A DNA stretch of 64,000 nucleotides from an archaeon (GCA_030636025.1 DAOVXQ010000002.1:10848-74847), one strand, 5' to 3'; positions 37,529 to 46,471 are shown, counted from the stretch's first letter. Translations and numbers: made by a program. Notes: generated from the letters alone by a model not told the origin.

Positions 37529-37662
37529 TTAGAAACTCTCCCCGTAAATAGAAAAATTTGGGTGAACCGAAGCGAACTCTTTTATCCTTGGTTATGCAAA
37601 GTGCGAAGCATTTCGTTGGTTTTTTTCTTCGGTCGGATAAAGGAAGTTTTTGATTTCTAAAT

Positions 37663-37706
37663 GCAAACATTAAAAATATAAACTCTCCTTTGGATAATAT
37701 ATAAAA
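37663..37706 (+). repeat. 44-bp direct repeat, right copy
   Basis: GCAAACATTAAAAATATAAACTCTCCTTTGGATAATATATAAAA has one mismatch to 33782-33825 (G at 33814 versus T at 37695). Confidence 0.9.
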
Positions 37707-37712
37707 GAGAAG

Positions 37713-37880
37713 ATGGCAAACTTACAAGAACTGCAAATTTTGGCTCAATTATTAGATAATATGAATTTGGCTTCGGAAAAGTTGGAGAAATCGTATGGGA
37801 AAAATAATGCTGAGGATTTTAATTCTGCTAAAAAAGAAATTGCAGATATTCAAAATAAAATTTCGCAGGTTTTAAAATGA
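37713..37880 (+). CDS. 55-aa coiled-coil protein leading the pilus operon
   Basis: MANLQELQILAQLLDNMNLASEKLEKSYGKNNAEDFNSAKKEIADIQNKISQVLK. Its stop overlaps the next ATG (ATGA). Confidence 0.35.
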   Translation: MANLQELQILAQLLDNMNLASEKLEKSYGKNNAEDFNSAKKEIADIQNKISQVLK

Positions 37881-39235
37881 ATATTGAATCTTTGAAAGAA
37901 AATATAATGCACTCTAAGGAGATAGTTAGAGAGATATATGTTTTTACAAATCAGCTGGAAATTATCAAAGAGCTCGAAGCTGAGAGCAAGGCAGTTATTG
38001 ATTCTAAGGAAAAAAAACTTTTGAAAGAGGTTATTGAATCTTTGTTTGTTCAGTTGAAAATTTTAAATAAATCTGTTCCAGACCTAATACAAAACATTGG
38101 TTTTTTCAAGAAATTTCCCAGCGACAAGAAAGAACAGATTAAACCAAAAACAAATCTTGTTCAGATAAAATACAAACCAGCTAAAACAGAACCTAAAGTT
38201 TCTTTGACAATTAATGAGGCAGACAGAAAAATATTTTTGGAAAATCTGAGCAAGAGCAATCTTTCTATTTATCAGCTTAAAAAGAAATTTTCATCTGAAA
38301 AACCGATTGAGGTTAATTTTGGGAGGGCAAATTCTTATGCGAAAATATCAAATAAAATTTTTAGAGGTCTCTCAAATAAACTAGCTGAGAAAAATTATTT
38401 GGTTAAATTAAATAAAAATTTGCGGAAAATGAATTCTCCTTTTATAGTTACATCCTATGCTTCAATGATTTTGTTCACCGTCGCTGTTACTGCGATTTTT
38501 AGTCTGCTCTTTTTGTTTTTATTAATGTTTTATAATGTGAGTTTTGCTTTTCCTTTTTTATCTCCTGTCGAGGAATCTTTTTTATTGAGATTTTCAAAAG
38601 TTTTTTGGATAATTTTTGCTCTGCCATTATCTGCCGGGCTTTTGATGTATTTTTATCCTTTTAGCGAGGGGAAAAATCTTGGTTCAAAAATAAATCAGGA
38701 ACTTCCATTTATTGCAATTCATATGTCTGCAATATCTATGTCTGGGATAGAGCCACTGAATATTTTTAGAATTATTTTGAAAAACAAAGAATATAAAAAT
38801 ACAAATATAGAATTTAAGAAACTTATGAATTTAATTAATTTTCAGGGTTATAATTTGGTTAGTGCTTTAAAGAAGATTGCTGTTTCATCTCCTTCCTCAA
38901 AATTAAGAGATTTGTTTAATGGTATGGCTACGGCAATAACCTCTGGGGGAGATTTACATGGATATTTATCTGAACATGCGAAGAGATTACTTTTTGATTA
39001 TAGATTAGAAAGAGAAAAGTATACGAAAACTTCTGAAACCTTCATGGATATTTATATTAGCATTGTTATTGCAGCGCCGATGATATTGCTGATTTTGTTT
39101 GTTATAATGGGGAGCACTGGAATGAGCTGGCTCGGACTTGATACAAATATTATTGGTTTTCTGATTATCTTAATTATCGCTCTCCTTAATGCAGGATTTT
39201 TAATATTCTTAAATTTAAAACAACCAACACTATAA
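37877..39235 (+). CDS. type IV pilus/archaellum platform protein (FlaJ/TadC-like, T2SSF domain) with an N-terminal coiled coil
   Basis: LPFIAIHMSAISMSGIEPLNIFRII...LVSALKKIA...GMATAITSGGDLHGYL together with polytopic TM segments. Confidence 0.65.
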   Translation: MNIESLKENIMHSKEIVREIYVFTNQLEIIKELEAESKAVIDSKEKKLLKEVIESLFVQLKILNKSVPDLIQNIGFFKKFPSDKKEQIKPKTNLVQIKYKPAKTEPKVSLTINEADRKIFLENLSKSNLSIYQLKKKFSSEKPIEVNFGRANSYAKISNKIFRGLSNKLAEKNYLVKLNKNLRKMNSPFIVTSYASMILFTVAVTAIFSLLFLFLLMFYNVSFAFPFLSPVEESFLLRFSKVFWIIFALPLSAGLLMYFYPFSEGKNLGSKINQELPFIAIHMSAISMSGIEPLNIFRIILKNKEYKNTNIEFKKLMNLINFQGYNLVSALKKIAVSSPSSKLRDLFNGMATAITSGGDLHGYLSEHAKRLLFDYRLEREKYTKTSETFMDIYISIVIAAPMILLILFVIMGSTGMSWLGLDTNIIGFLIILIIALLNAGFLIFLNLKQPTL

Positions 39236-40104
39236 TGAAATCAAAGCTTTTGCGGAAACTTAGAATAAATAAATCAAAAATAATTGGGATTAGCATTGCT
39301 TTGGCCACAATTATACTTTCGTTAATTTTTTTAAGGGGAACGGATATTTTTTATTTTATTTTAGGGATTGCGTTTGTTATTGGGGGTTTGCCTTTTTTTG
39401 TTTCATTAATTTTAGAAGGAAATAAAGAGAGAGAGAAAGATGAGATGTTTTTGGAATTTTCGAAAAATTTGGTTGAGAGTGTCAGGGCAGGGATTCCGAT
39501 TAGCAAGACTATTTTGAATATTAGAACTAAAGATTACGGACCGTTAAATCCTTATGTTGACAAACTTGCTAATCAGATTTCGCTGGGCATTCCTGTTAAA
39601 ACTTCTCTTGAGACTTTTGCACGAGACCTTAAAAGTAACACAATAACTCGGGCAGTTACAATAATCAGCGAGTCTGAGAAAGCAGGCGGGAAAATCGAGG
39701 ACATCTTAGATTCTGTTGCTAAATCTGTTGCGCAAGTTGAGAAATTGAAAAAAGAGAGGCGGGCGACAATGTATAATTTGGTTGTTCAGGGATATATTAT
39801 ATTTATGATTTTTATTATTATAATGTTAGTTATGCAGTTCAAGGTTTTGCCGATTGCCACGCAGTTGGGGGATATTGGTTCTGTTGGGGTCGGGATGCCT
39901 TCAATTTTTGGCAGTGGCGGAGAAAAGGCATCTGTTGAAGATTTGACAAAACCATTTAAATATCTTTTAATTGTGCAAGGGTTTTTTGTAGGATTAGTAA
40001 TTGGGAAATTATCTGAAGGAAGAGTAAAGGCAGGATTAAAGCATTCATTCATATTAGTTGCTTTAGCTATATTAATAAGCACAGGAGTTAAATTATTTTT
40101 TTAA
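39235..40104 (+). CDS. second T2SSF-domain platform protein (TadB/TadC-like)
   Basis: FSKNLVESVRAGIPISKTI...QISLGIPVKTSLETFA...SEKAGGKIEDIL flanked by TM helices. Confidence 0.65.
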   Translation: MKSKLLRKLRINKSKIIGISIALATIILSLIFLRGTDIFYFILGIAFVIGGLPFFVSLILEGNKEREKDEMFLEFSKNLVESVRAGIPISKTILNIRTKDYGPLNPYVDKLANQISLGIPVKTSLETFARDLKSNTITRAVTIISESEKAGGKIEDILDSVAKSVAQVEKLKKERRATMYNLVVQGYIIFMIFIIIMLVMQFKVLPIATQLGDIGSVGVGMPSIFGSGGEKASVEDLTKPFKYLLIVQGFFVGLVIGKLSEGRVKAGLKHSFILVALAILISTGVKLFF

Positions 40105-40105
40105 A

Positions 40106-40777
40106 ATGAAAAATCGAAACTCGCGTTCATGTTTTGTTGTTAAGAATACAATTTGTTCAAAGTCAAAACGCTCGCAAGCACATGTTGAAATAGTTTTGTC
40201 ATTTGTAATCTTTGTCGGGTTTTTATTAGTTATATTTCTTTTTCTAAATCCTTTTGCAAAAACACAGGAGATTTCTTTTATTGGAGGGATTGAAAGAGCA
40301 ATTATTAAAAATGTGAGTGCAGAGGTTGGAAAGTTGAGTGTGATTGTTGGAGAAATTGGAGATTGCTATTTTGTTGGTAATAATTATGGAGAGAATTATC
40401 AGGGTGTTTTGATTGGTGATAGAAAATATATTGTTTATTTTTCAGACGAGGTTTTTTCTGGGGGAAACCTTGGATGTTCTGATGTTGGAGATTATACTCT
40501 TGGTGTGTTTTCAAAAGAAGATATGATTGTTTATGATAAACTTGTTGAATTGAAAACAAATTATGAGGCAGATTATGATTCATTAAAGCAGTCATTTGGT
40601 GTGATGAATGGTTTTTCATTTAGTGTTAAGGAAATGGTCGGGGATGATTTGATTGTTCCAGATAATATTATGGATTCGCCGTCAGGGATTGAAGTTGAGG
40701 CGAAGAATATTTTAATGCGGGTTATTAAAAATAATGGTAGGATTTCAGAATGGGTAATGAATTTGAGAGTATGGTGA
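40106..40777 (+). CDS. pilin-like protein (class III signal peptide candidate)
   Basis: KSKRSQAHVEIVLSFVIFVGFLLVIFLFL has a basic region followed by a hydrophobic helix. Confidence 0.45.
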   Translation: MKNRNSRSCFVVKNTICSKSKRSQAHVEIVLSFVIFVGFLLVIFLFLNPFAKTQEISFIGGIERAIIKNVSAEVGKLSVIVGEIGDCYFVGNNYGENYQGVLIGDRKYIVYFSDEVFSGGNLGCSDVGDYTLGVFSKEDMIVYDKLVELKTNYEADYDSLKQSFGVMNGFSFSVKEMVGDDLIVPDNIMDSPSGIEVEAKNILMRVIKNNGRISEWVMNLRVW

Positions 40778-40880
40778 TTTGAATGTTAGGGTTGAAATTT
40801 AATGTTGAAATTGTTTACTTAACCCATAAGAAAGAGCGCACGAGTTTTCTACGAAAACAGATAGTCGGCTTCGCCGAGAA

Positions 40881-41666
40881 TTATAAATGCTTAGCCATAT
40901 CTTCTAAAACTTCATATCCTGCCTGAACTCTTTCTTCAGAAGTTTTAGGTCCTGTTATTGCCCTTCCAATAACCAAAATACTAGAACCATCCTGAACAGC
41001 ATTTCCAGGAGTAAAAACTCTTTTTTGGTCTTTTCCTGCAGGAGTGTTTGGCCCTTTTATTCCCGGAGTAACATACATAAAATTTTCAGGAAGTTCATTT
41101 TTAATTGCATAGAGATCTGCAGCAGAACATACAACACCATCAAGTTCTGCTTGATTAGCTAATTTTGCTAATCTTAAAACATTATATTGAACATCTCCAC
41201 CATATCCTAATTCATTTTTTAAAATATTATCATCAATACTTGTTAAAATAGTAACAGCAGTTATTTTTGGAACTAATTTTCCAGATTTTTCAGCCCCCTC
41301 TCTTGCACCTTCTTTTGCAGCCTTCATCATTTCAAGCCCCCCAGAAGCATGAACATTAAACATATAAACTCCTAATTGAGCTGCAGCATCTGCTGCACCT
41401 CTAACTGTATTCGGAATATCATGATATTTTAAATCAAGAAAAACATCTGCACCATACCCTTGAACAAGTCTTACTGAATCAGGACCAAATCTTGTATATG
41501 ATTCTTTTCCAATTTTAAACAATCCCACAACAGGACTTAATTCTTCTACTCTTGATTCAATACTTACTTCATCAATAGGAGCACTTGCCTTTCTCAAATA
41601 TTGAATTCCATCCAAGGGTAAACAAACCATTGCTCTTGCTTTTTCTTGTTTATCTGTTAGATTCAT
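40881..41666 (-). CDS. pyrF: orotidine 5'-phosphate decarboxylase
   Basis: DLKYHDIPNTV motif. Internal start MNLTDKQ is preferred because TTTATAAA lies 22 nt upstream of it. Confidence 0.9.
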   Translation of the reverse strand: MNLTDKQEKARAMVCLPLDGIQYLRKASAPIDEVSIESRVEELSPVVGLFKIGKESYTRFGPDSVRLVQGYGADVFLDLKYHDIPNTVRGAADAAAQLGVYMFNVHASGGLEMMKAAKEGAREGAEKSGKLVPKITAVTILTSIDDNILKNELGYGGDVQYNVLRLAKLANQAELDGVVCSAADLYAIKNELPENFMYVTPGIKGPNTPAGKDQKRVFTPGNAVQDGSSILVIGRAITGPKTSEERVQAGYEVLEDMAKHL

Positions 41667-41688
41667 ACAATTAAGAATTAACCAAACC

Positions 41689-41696
41689 TTTATAAA
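41689..41696 (-). promoter_or_regulatory. TATA box candidate for pyrF (near-leaderless geometry)
   Basis: TTTATAAA lies 22 nt upstream of ATG 41666. Confidence 0.45.
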
Positions 41697-41846
41697 TTCT
41701 TCGCTAAAAAATTCATTGAAGATGAGTAATAAAAAATTCTTTTTTGGAAAAAAAGAAGGCAAAAAAGCACACTCTTTCCTCCCCCCAACGACGATTTTAA
41801 AGAACCAAAATAACAGCAAATCTTCAAATACAAATTTTAACAAATA

Positions 41847-41854
41847 TTTATAAA
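41847..41854 (+). promoter_or_regulatory. TATA box candidate for the antitoxin/mazF pair
   Basis: TTTATAAA ends 21 nt before ATG 41876. Confidence 0.45.
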
Positions 41855-41875
41855 CTATAGTTATTCTATAGTAAG

Positions 41876-42109
41876 ATGGTTACTACAATTCAACTTAATG
41901 AAAATGTGAAGAAAGCTCTTTTTGATTTGAAAACTGAAAAAGAAACTTATGAGCAGATTATTTTGAAATTAATGAAAGATTCTGAAGAAACCAAGAGAAA
42001 GCAAACAGAGTTGATGATTGAAGGTTGTAGGGAGATGTATGACGATATGTTGGAAATTAATAAAGAATGGGAGGCAGTAGATTCAGATATTGATTGGGAA
42101 TGGAAATAA
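41876..42109 (+). CDS. antitoxin candidate (77 aa) paired with MazF
   Basis: Small acidic protein directly upstream of and overlapping the MazF-like gene. Confidence 0.5.
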   Translation: MVTTIQLNENVKKALFDLKTEKETYEQIILKLMKDSEETKRKQTELMIEGCREMYDDMLEINKEWEAVDSDIDWEWK

Positions 42110-42444
42110 GAAGAGGAGATATTCTTTTAGTTAATTTTGAGCCTGTAAAAGGAAGTGAACAAGGAAGAATAAGGCCTGCGATAGTTATTCAAAATAATAC
42201 TCTAAACAAATTTAGCCCATTAACAATTGTAGCCCCAATTACTTCAAAAATTTATGAAAAAGAATACCCAACAAATGTCTTAATAAAAAAAGAAGATTCT
42301 GTATTAAATAATGAATCCACTATTTTACTAAATCAAATAAGGACAATTGACAAAAAAAGAATAATCAAAAAATTAGGAGCAATAGATATGTTTTTAATGA
42401 AGAAAGTAGATTTATCAATTAAAATAAGTTTAGATTTAACATGA
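42100..42444 (+). CDS. mazF: MazF/PemK-family endoribonuclease toxin
   Basis: IRRGDILLVNFEPVKGSEQGRIRPAIVIQNN...LTIVAPITS...LLNQIRTIDKKR. Confidence 0.85.
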   Translation: MEIRRGDILLVNFEPVKGSEQGRIRPAIVIQNNTLNKFSPLTIVAPITSKIYEKEYPTNVLIKKEDSVLNNESTILLNQIRTIDKKRIIKKLGAIDMFLMKKVDLSIKISLDLT

Positions 42445-42848
42445 ATAAAAAAGATAGAAAGGCGTGGATAAGAATTGTTGAGGCATTTCTTGCGATTTTG
42501 ATTATAACAAGTGTTTTGTTAATTGTGATGGCGAGGCAACCAGCGAGGGTAGATATTAGTCAGAGTGTTTATGAAAAGCAAAGACAGATTTTAGATATTG
42601 TAAATAAGGATGATGATTTGAGGGCGGAGATTTTAAATGGAGATAATACACAAGTTAATAATATGATTTCTCAGATGGTGCCAAGTAGCTGGGGTTTTGC
42701 AACAAAGATTTGCGAGCTTGATTTAATTTGCAATTCAAATGATGTTCCTGTTGAAAAAGAAATTTATGCAACAGAAGTTGTGATTAGTTCAACTTTAGTA
42801 GATTATTCTCCGAAAAAATTAAGGTTTTTTGTCTGGAAGAGGGATTGA
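42441..42848 (+). CDS. pilin-like protein (class III signal peptide candidate)
   Basis: MNKKDRKAWIRIVEAFLAILIITSVLLIV. Confidence 0.5.
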   Translation: MNKKDRKAWIRIVEAFLAILIITSVLLIVMARQPARVDISQSVYEKQRQILDIVNKDDDLRAEILNGDNTQVNNMISQMVPSSWGFATKICELDLICNSNDVPVEKEIYATEVVISSTLVDYSPKKLRFFVWKRD

Positions 42849-42919
42849 AAGAATTTTGTTTTTATTGTGAAAAATTGATTTTCAGAATATTTATAAAGAT
42901 GTTTGTTTTGTTATTTAAA

Positions 42920-43774
42920 ATGAGGATGAAAAATTTGTTGTTAGTTTTTGGGGTGTTGATTTTTTCAGTTAGTTTTGTTAGTGCTGGGTCTTGCCAAGAT
43001 ACTGGATGCCCTCCAGAATGGTGTGCGACTTTTGGTGAGGATATAATTTGCGACGGGAGTTCGTCGAGTATTGATATTAGTGATGATAAACTTTTTTGTC
43101 CATTACCTCCTGGAGATGCGTGGGTCAATTATACTGTGACTCCTCCGATTTATTATAATACCATTGGTGAAAATCCTCGTGGCTGTTTTGAGCAAAATCC
43201 TGCAGAAGGTTCGACACAATTTTGCTGTCCTGAATTTTCAGAATGTGATATAAATATCAGTAGCCCAACCCAAAATAGATGTATTCCGGGGGTAGATTAT
43301 TGCAGTGAGTATAATGATGCTGACAGGTGCAATAATGACACTTCAAATGCTGGAAGAAATAGTGTTGAATTATTGCATGGAGAAGGTTTTTGCTCGCAGA
43401 TTGTTGAATGGCATAATGGAAGTGATATTTGTTTTAATGAAATTACTTGCGGGTGTGAATGGAATTATGATACAGAATATTGTTCTCAAAAATGGTCTAA
43501 TAATTCTTTGAATTGTTTTTCTCCTGAGGGGGGCTGTGTTGAAACTTTTGTAAGCAAGGATGAAAGTGGGTGTGATTTGCCGAATGGAAAAGCAATATTT
43601 ACATTTGAATCTGAACCTTGGGGGGCCTATAGTGAGGATATGTGTCAAGATGGGGCTTATGAAGTTCTTTGCTCAAGAATAACTCGTCTTCCTTTTTTTG
43701 GGTTTTTTAATATTATTTCAGTTGCTGTAATTTTAATTGTGTTTTATTGTTTTAGGTTGAAAAATGAAATTTAA
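42920..43774 (+). CDS. secreted Cys-rich protein with a C-terminal TM anchor
   Basis: Signal peptide MRMKNLLLVFGVLIFSVSFVSA, many Cys residues, and C-terminal helix FFGFFNIISVAVILIVFYCF. Confidence 0.5.
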   Translation: MRMKNLLLVFGVLIFSVSFVSAGSCQDTGCPPEWCATFGEDIICDGSSSSIDISDDKLFCPLPPGDAWVNYTVTPPIYYNTIGENPRGCFEQNPAEGSTQFCCPEFSECDINISSPTQNRCIPGVDYCSEYNDADRCNNDTSNAGRNSVELLHGEGFCSQIVEWHNGSDICFNEITCGCEWNYDTEYCSQKWSNNSLNCFSPEGGCVETFVSKDESGCDLPNGKAIFTFESEPWGAYSEDMCQDGAYEVLCSRITRLPFFGFFNIISVAVILIVFYCFRLKNEI

Positions 43775-46424
43775 ACTAATCGTCTTTGGAATCCTTGGAT
43801 TGTTGTTGTTGAATTTAGTTTTTGCGAGTTTTGAAATTAGTGTTATTGAACTTAAAAATCTTTATGGTCCTGGCGAGGAGGTTCAGGGGATTGTGGAATT
43901 AGGTTTTAATGAAACTCCTGGAGAGACATTGCTTACGGGTTTTGACAGCAGTATAACCTTGAAAGAATTTTTAGATAATAATGATGCAGATTATTCTTGT
44001 GTTCCTGAAGATTGTGAAAAAAGTTATTCAATAATCGGGGCAGGGGATTTGGTTCAGGAATTTTCGCTTGGTTTTGGTGAGAGCAAATTAATCGGCATAA
44101 ATTTAGCAGGAGAAATTTATGACGAGATTACTAAACTTGACTTTTATGTTTCTTCTGATGGTGCTGAATCATGTGTTTTCCCTCTTCAGATAGATATTTT
44201 AGATGATGGAATTATTGACTGGGTGGCAGATAAAGGTTCTGAAGAATTTGGCTGTATTATTTATGAGCCATTTGGATGTTTTGATAAAAGTGATTCAACA
44301 GAAAAGGAAGAGATAACTAATGTGGAATATTGTGAGACAATAAATCTTCCTTTGGCTAAAACTTTTAAAATTGGTGCGATTGTTGAGAGGGTTAAGGGGA
44401 CTGACGAGGTTAATTTTACCATGTCTTTTTTTGCCGGGGAGAATTATAATTCCTGTGAAATTTCGACAAACTCTGACGGAGAAATTAGCTGTAATCTTGA
44501 GTTAAATTTAGAATCTGCGACGCAAGCAGATGTTTGTATAAAAATTAATTCAGATGATGAAGAGGATTTTGAGAAATATAAAATAAGATATGAAGATGTT
44601 GAACCGTGCGGTTACACTGGTATTTACGACCATGATTTTGAGATTTTTGCTCGAGTTGGGAAATATGGGGCTCCTGGAAATTTTAAATTTAATGGTTCTG
44701 TTGCCGAAGATATTGAAGAATATATTCTTAATAAATATGGAGATTGCGATGATGGGTGTGTGATTCCGATAAAATTCAAATCAGGAATTGAGCAGACAAT
44801 TAGTGTTTCTAATCTGGAATTTAATTATAAATCGCAGGGGTTTTCAAAATCTGAGAAAACTATTTATGAAATTGAAGAAAAAGATATTTTGATAAATTTT
44901 GGTTTGGAGAAACTTTCTTTAGAGCATGGGCATTTTGCTGTTCCGTTGAGTTATGGGAAGAAAGATTTTAAATTAAAGTTGGGAGATGAAGAAATATTAA
45001 AAGAAGAAATTGAGGTTAGCAGGCTGATTCCGAATGTAAAATCTGTTGTGCCCTCAAGGGTTTCGTCGTTGGTTTCAAATACTTTTATTGCAATTGTTTA
45101 TTCTGCTAATTTGTCTGGACTGAAATATTCATGGGATTTTGGTGACGGATTATCAGAAGAAACAGACATAAATATGGTTAAACATATTTATAATGAAATT
45201 GGAACTTATGAATTAATTGTAAGTGTTGAAAATAAATTCGGGAAGTCTGCTAAAACTATTGAAATAAATGTTGTGTCACCTAAAGATAAAATCCCCTCGG
45301 TGATAGACGATTATAATAAAAATTTGGACGGCATTAACTCAGAATTGAATAGTGTTCCTGTATGGATTCGGACAGAGATTGAAAAGAAAATTGATGTTGA
45401 TGGTTTGAAAAACGATATTGCGGTTCAGTCTAGCAGGTATGGTCTTGCGAATTCTACCGAAGATTATATAAAAATTATGACAGATTTAGTTGGCTTGAAT
45501 GTTCCAGAATCATTAAAGAAAATTAGTTCAATGAAATCTTTTCCTGTTTTTATGGATTCAGAACGATTGGATGTTAATGTTTTGGAGGGTCTAGGTTTGA
45601 AGTCAGACATAGATGAAAATCAATATACAGCGACGGTGAATGGATGGTTAATGGATAATCTAGATGTTTTTATTGATTCTGAGGAATATTATTTTGCTTA
45701 TAATTATGGTGATGAGTTGATTGCTTCTAATCTGAAGATTAGTTTAACTCCTAAAAAAGATTTGGATGATGTTTATTTTATTATTGACGAGGAAATTGAT
45801 AATTTGAAATTTGCAGAGGATTATTCAGAGGAAGATGTTGCAGGAAGGGCGGTCATTACATTCGATGATTTGATTAATGTTAAAGTGATTGAGTTTTTGT
45901 ATCCTGATGTTGTTGAGATTGGGAATTTTCCGGTTTATATTACAAGCGGTGATGAAGAGATTAGTTTGAATATTGTTACAGGAATTAAATGTGGGAATGG
46001 TGTTTGTGATGAGAATGAGAATTCTGAAAATTGCAGAGAAGATTGCAAGCCGTTTGGCATTACTATTTTGTTTTTTGCATTGTTGATTTTTGGTGCTTTT
46101 GGCTTTTATATAATTTTACAAGAATGGTATAAAAAACATTATGAATCTCGTTTATTCCCGAATAAAAATCAGTTGTTTAATTTAATTAATTTTATGAATA
46201 CTTCTATGAATCAGGGGCTGAAAAAAAAGGAGATTTTGGGGAAACTTAAAGAAATGAGCTGGAAAAAAGAGCAGTTGATTTATGCATGGAAAAAATTGAA
46301 TGGCAAGAAAACTGGAATGTGGGAGATTCCTGTGTTTAAATGGGTTGAGAATAAGAAAGTTAAAAAAGAAATTGAAAAAAGAAAGGGGATGTCTGTTGGA
46401 AATGTCAGGCCGAGAGGGGTTTGA
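43764..46424 (+). CDS. large surface protein with a PKD-like domain and C-terminal TM + cytoplasmic tail
   Basis: Signal peptide; YSWDFGDGLSEETD...HIYNEIGTYELIVSVENKFG (PKD signature); TM helix near residue 800. Confidence 0.6.
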   Translation: MKFKLIVFGILGLLLLNLVFASFEISVIELKNLYGPGEEVQGIVELGFNETPGETLLTGFDSSITLKEFLDNNDADYSCVPEDCEKSYSIIGAGDLVQEFSLGFGESKLIGINLAGEIYDEITKLDFYVSSDGAESCVFPLQIDILDDGIIDWVADKGSEEFGCIIYEPFGCFDKSDSTEKEEITNVEYCETINLPLAKTFKIGAIVERVKGTDEVNFTMSFFAGENYNSCEISTNSDGEISCNLELNLESATQADVCIKINSDDEEDFEKYKIRYEDVEPCGYTGIYDHDFEIFARVGKYGAPGNFKFNGSVAEDIEEYILNKYGDCDDGCVIPIKFKSGIEQTISVSNLEFNYKSQGFSKSEKTIYEIEEKDILINFGLEKLSLEHGHFAVPLSYGKKDFKLKLGDEEILKEEIEVSRLIPNVKSVVPSRVSSLVSNTFIAIVYSANLSGLKYSWDFGDGLSEETDINMVKHIYNEIGTYELIVSVENKFGKSAKTIEINVVSPKDKIPSVIDDYNKNLDGINSELNSVPVWIRTEIEKKIDVDGLKNDIAVQSSRYGLANSTEDYIKIMTDLVGLNVPESLKKISSMKSFPVFMDSERLDVNVLEGLGLKSDIDENQYTATVNGWLMDNLDVFIDSEEYYFAYNYGDELIASNLKISLTPKKDLDDVYFIIDEEIDNLKFAEDYSEEDVAGRAVITFDDLINVKVIEFLYPDVVEIGNFPVYITSGDEEISLNIVTGIKCGNGVCDENENSENCREDCKPFGITILFFALLIFGAFGFYIILQEWYKKHYESRLFPNKNQLFNLINFMNTSMNQGLKKKEILGKLKEMSWKKEQLIYAWKKLNGKKTGMWEIPVFKWVENKKVKKEIEKRKGMSVGNVRPRGV

Positions 46425-46471
46425 TATTTGTTTAATAGTATTAATTATGGAGTAGTAAATTAACAGAAAGA

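Larger units (their letters stand above)
33782..37706. mobile_element. 3.9-kb direct-repeat-bounded insertion cassette (AbiE-like pair, DUF4145-like gene, six HTH minigenes)
   Basis: att-like 44-bp direct repeats. All cargo lies on the strand opposite to the flanking genes. The recombinase gene sits immediately outside the left repeat. Confidence 0.55.

Noticed and set aside
35488-37660. Plus-strand track ORFs 35488..35670, 35951..36166, 36351..36596, 36394..36756, 37059..37253 and 37451..37660
   Set aside because: They are antisense to the DUF4145-like gene and the HTH-minigene operon, or lie in its promoter region. Their translations are F/L/S-rich.
40881-41843. Long 320-aa version of pyrF
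   Set aside because: The N-terminal 59 residues are hydrophobic nonsense reading through the promoter. TTTATAAA lies 22 nt upstream of the internal ATG 41666.
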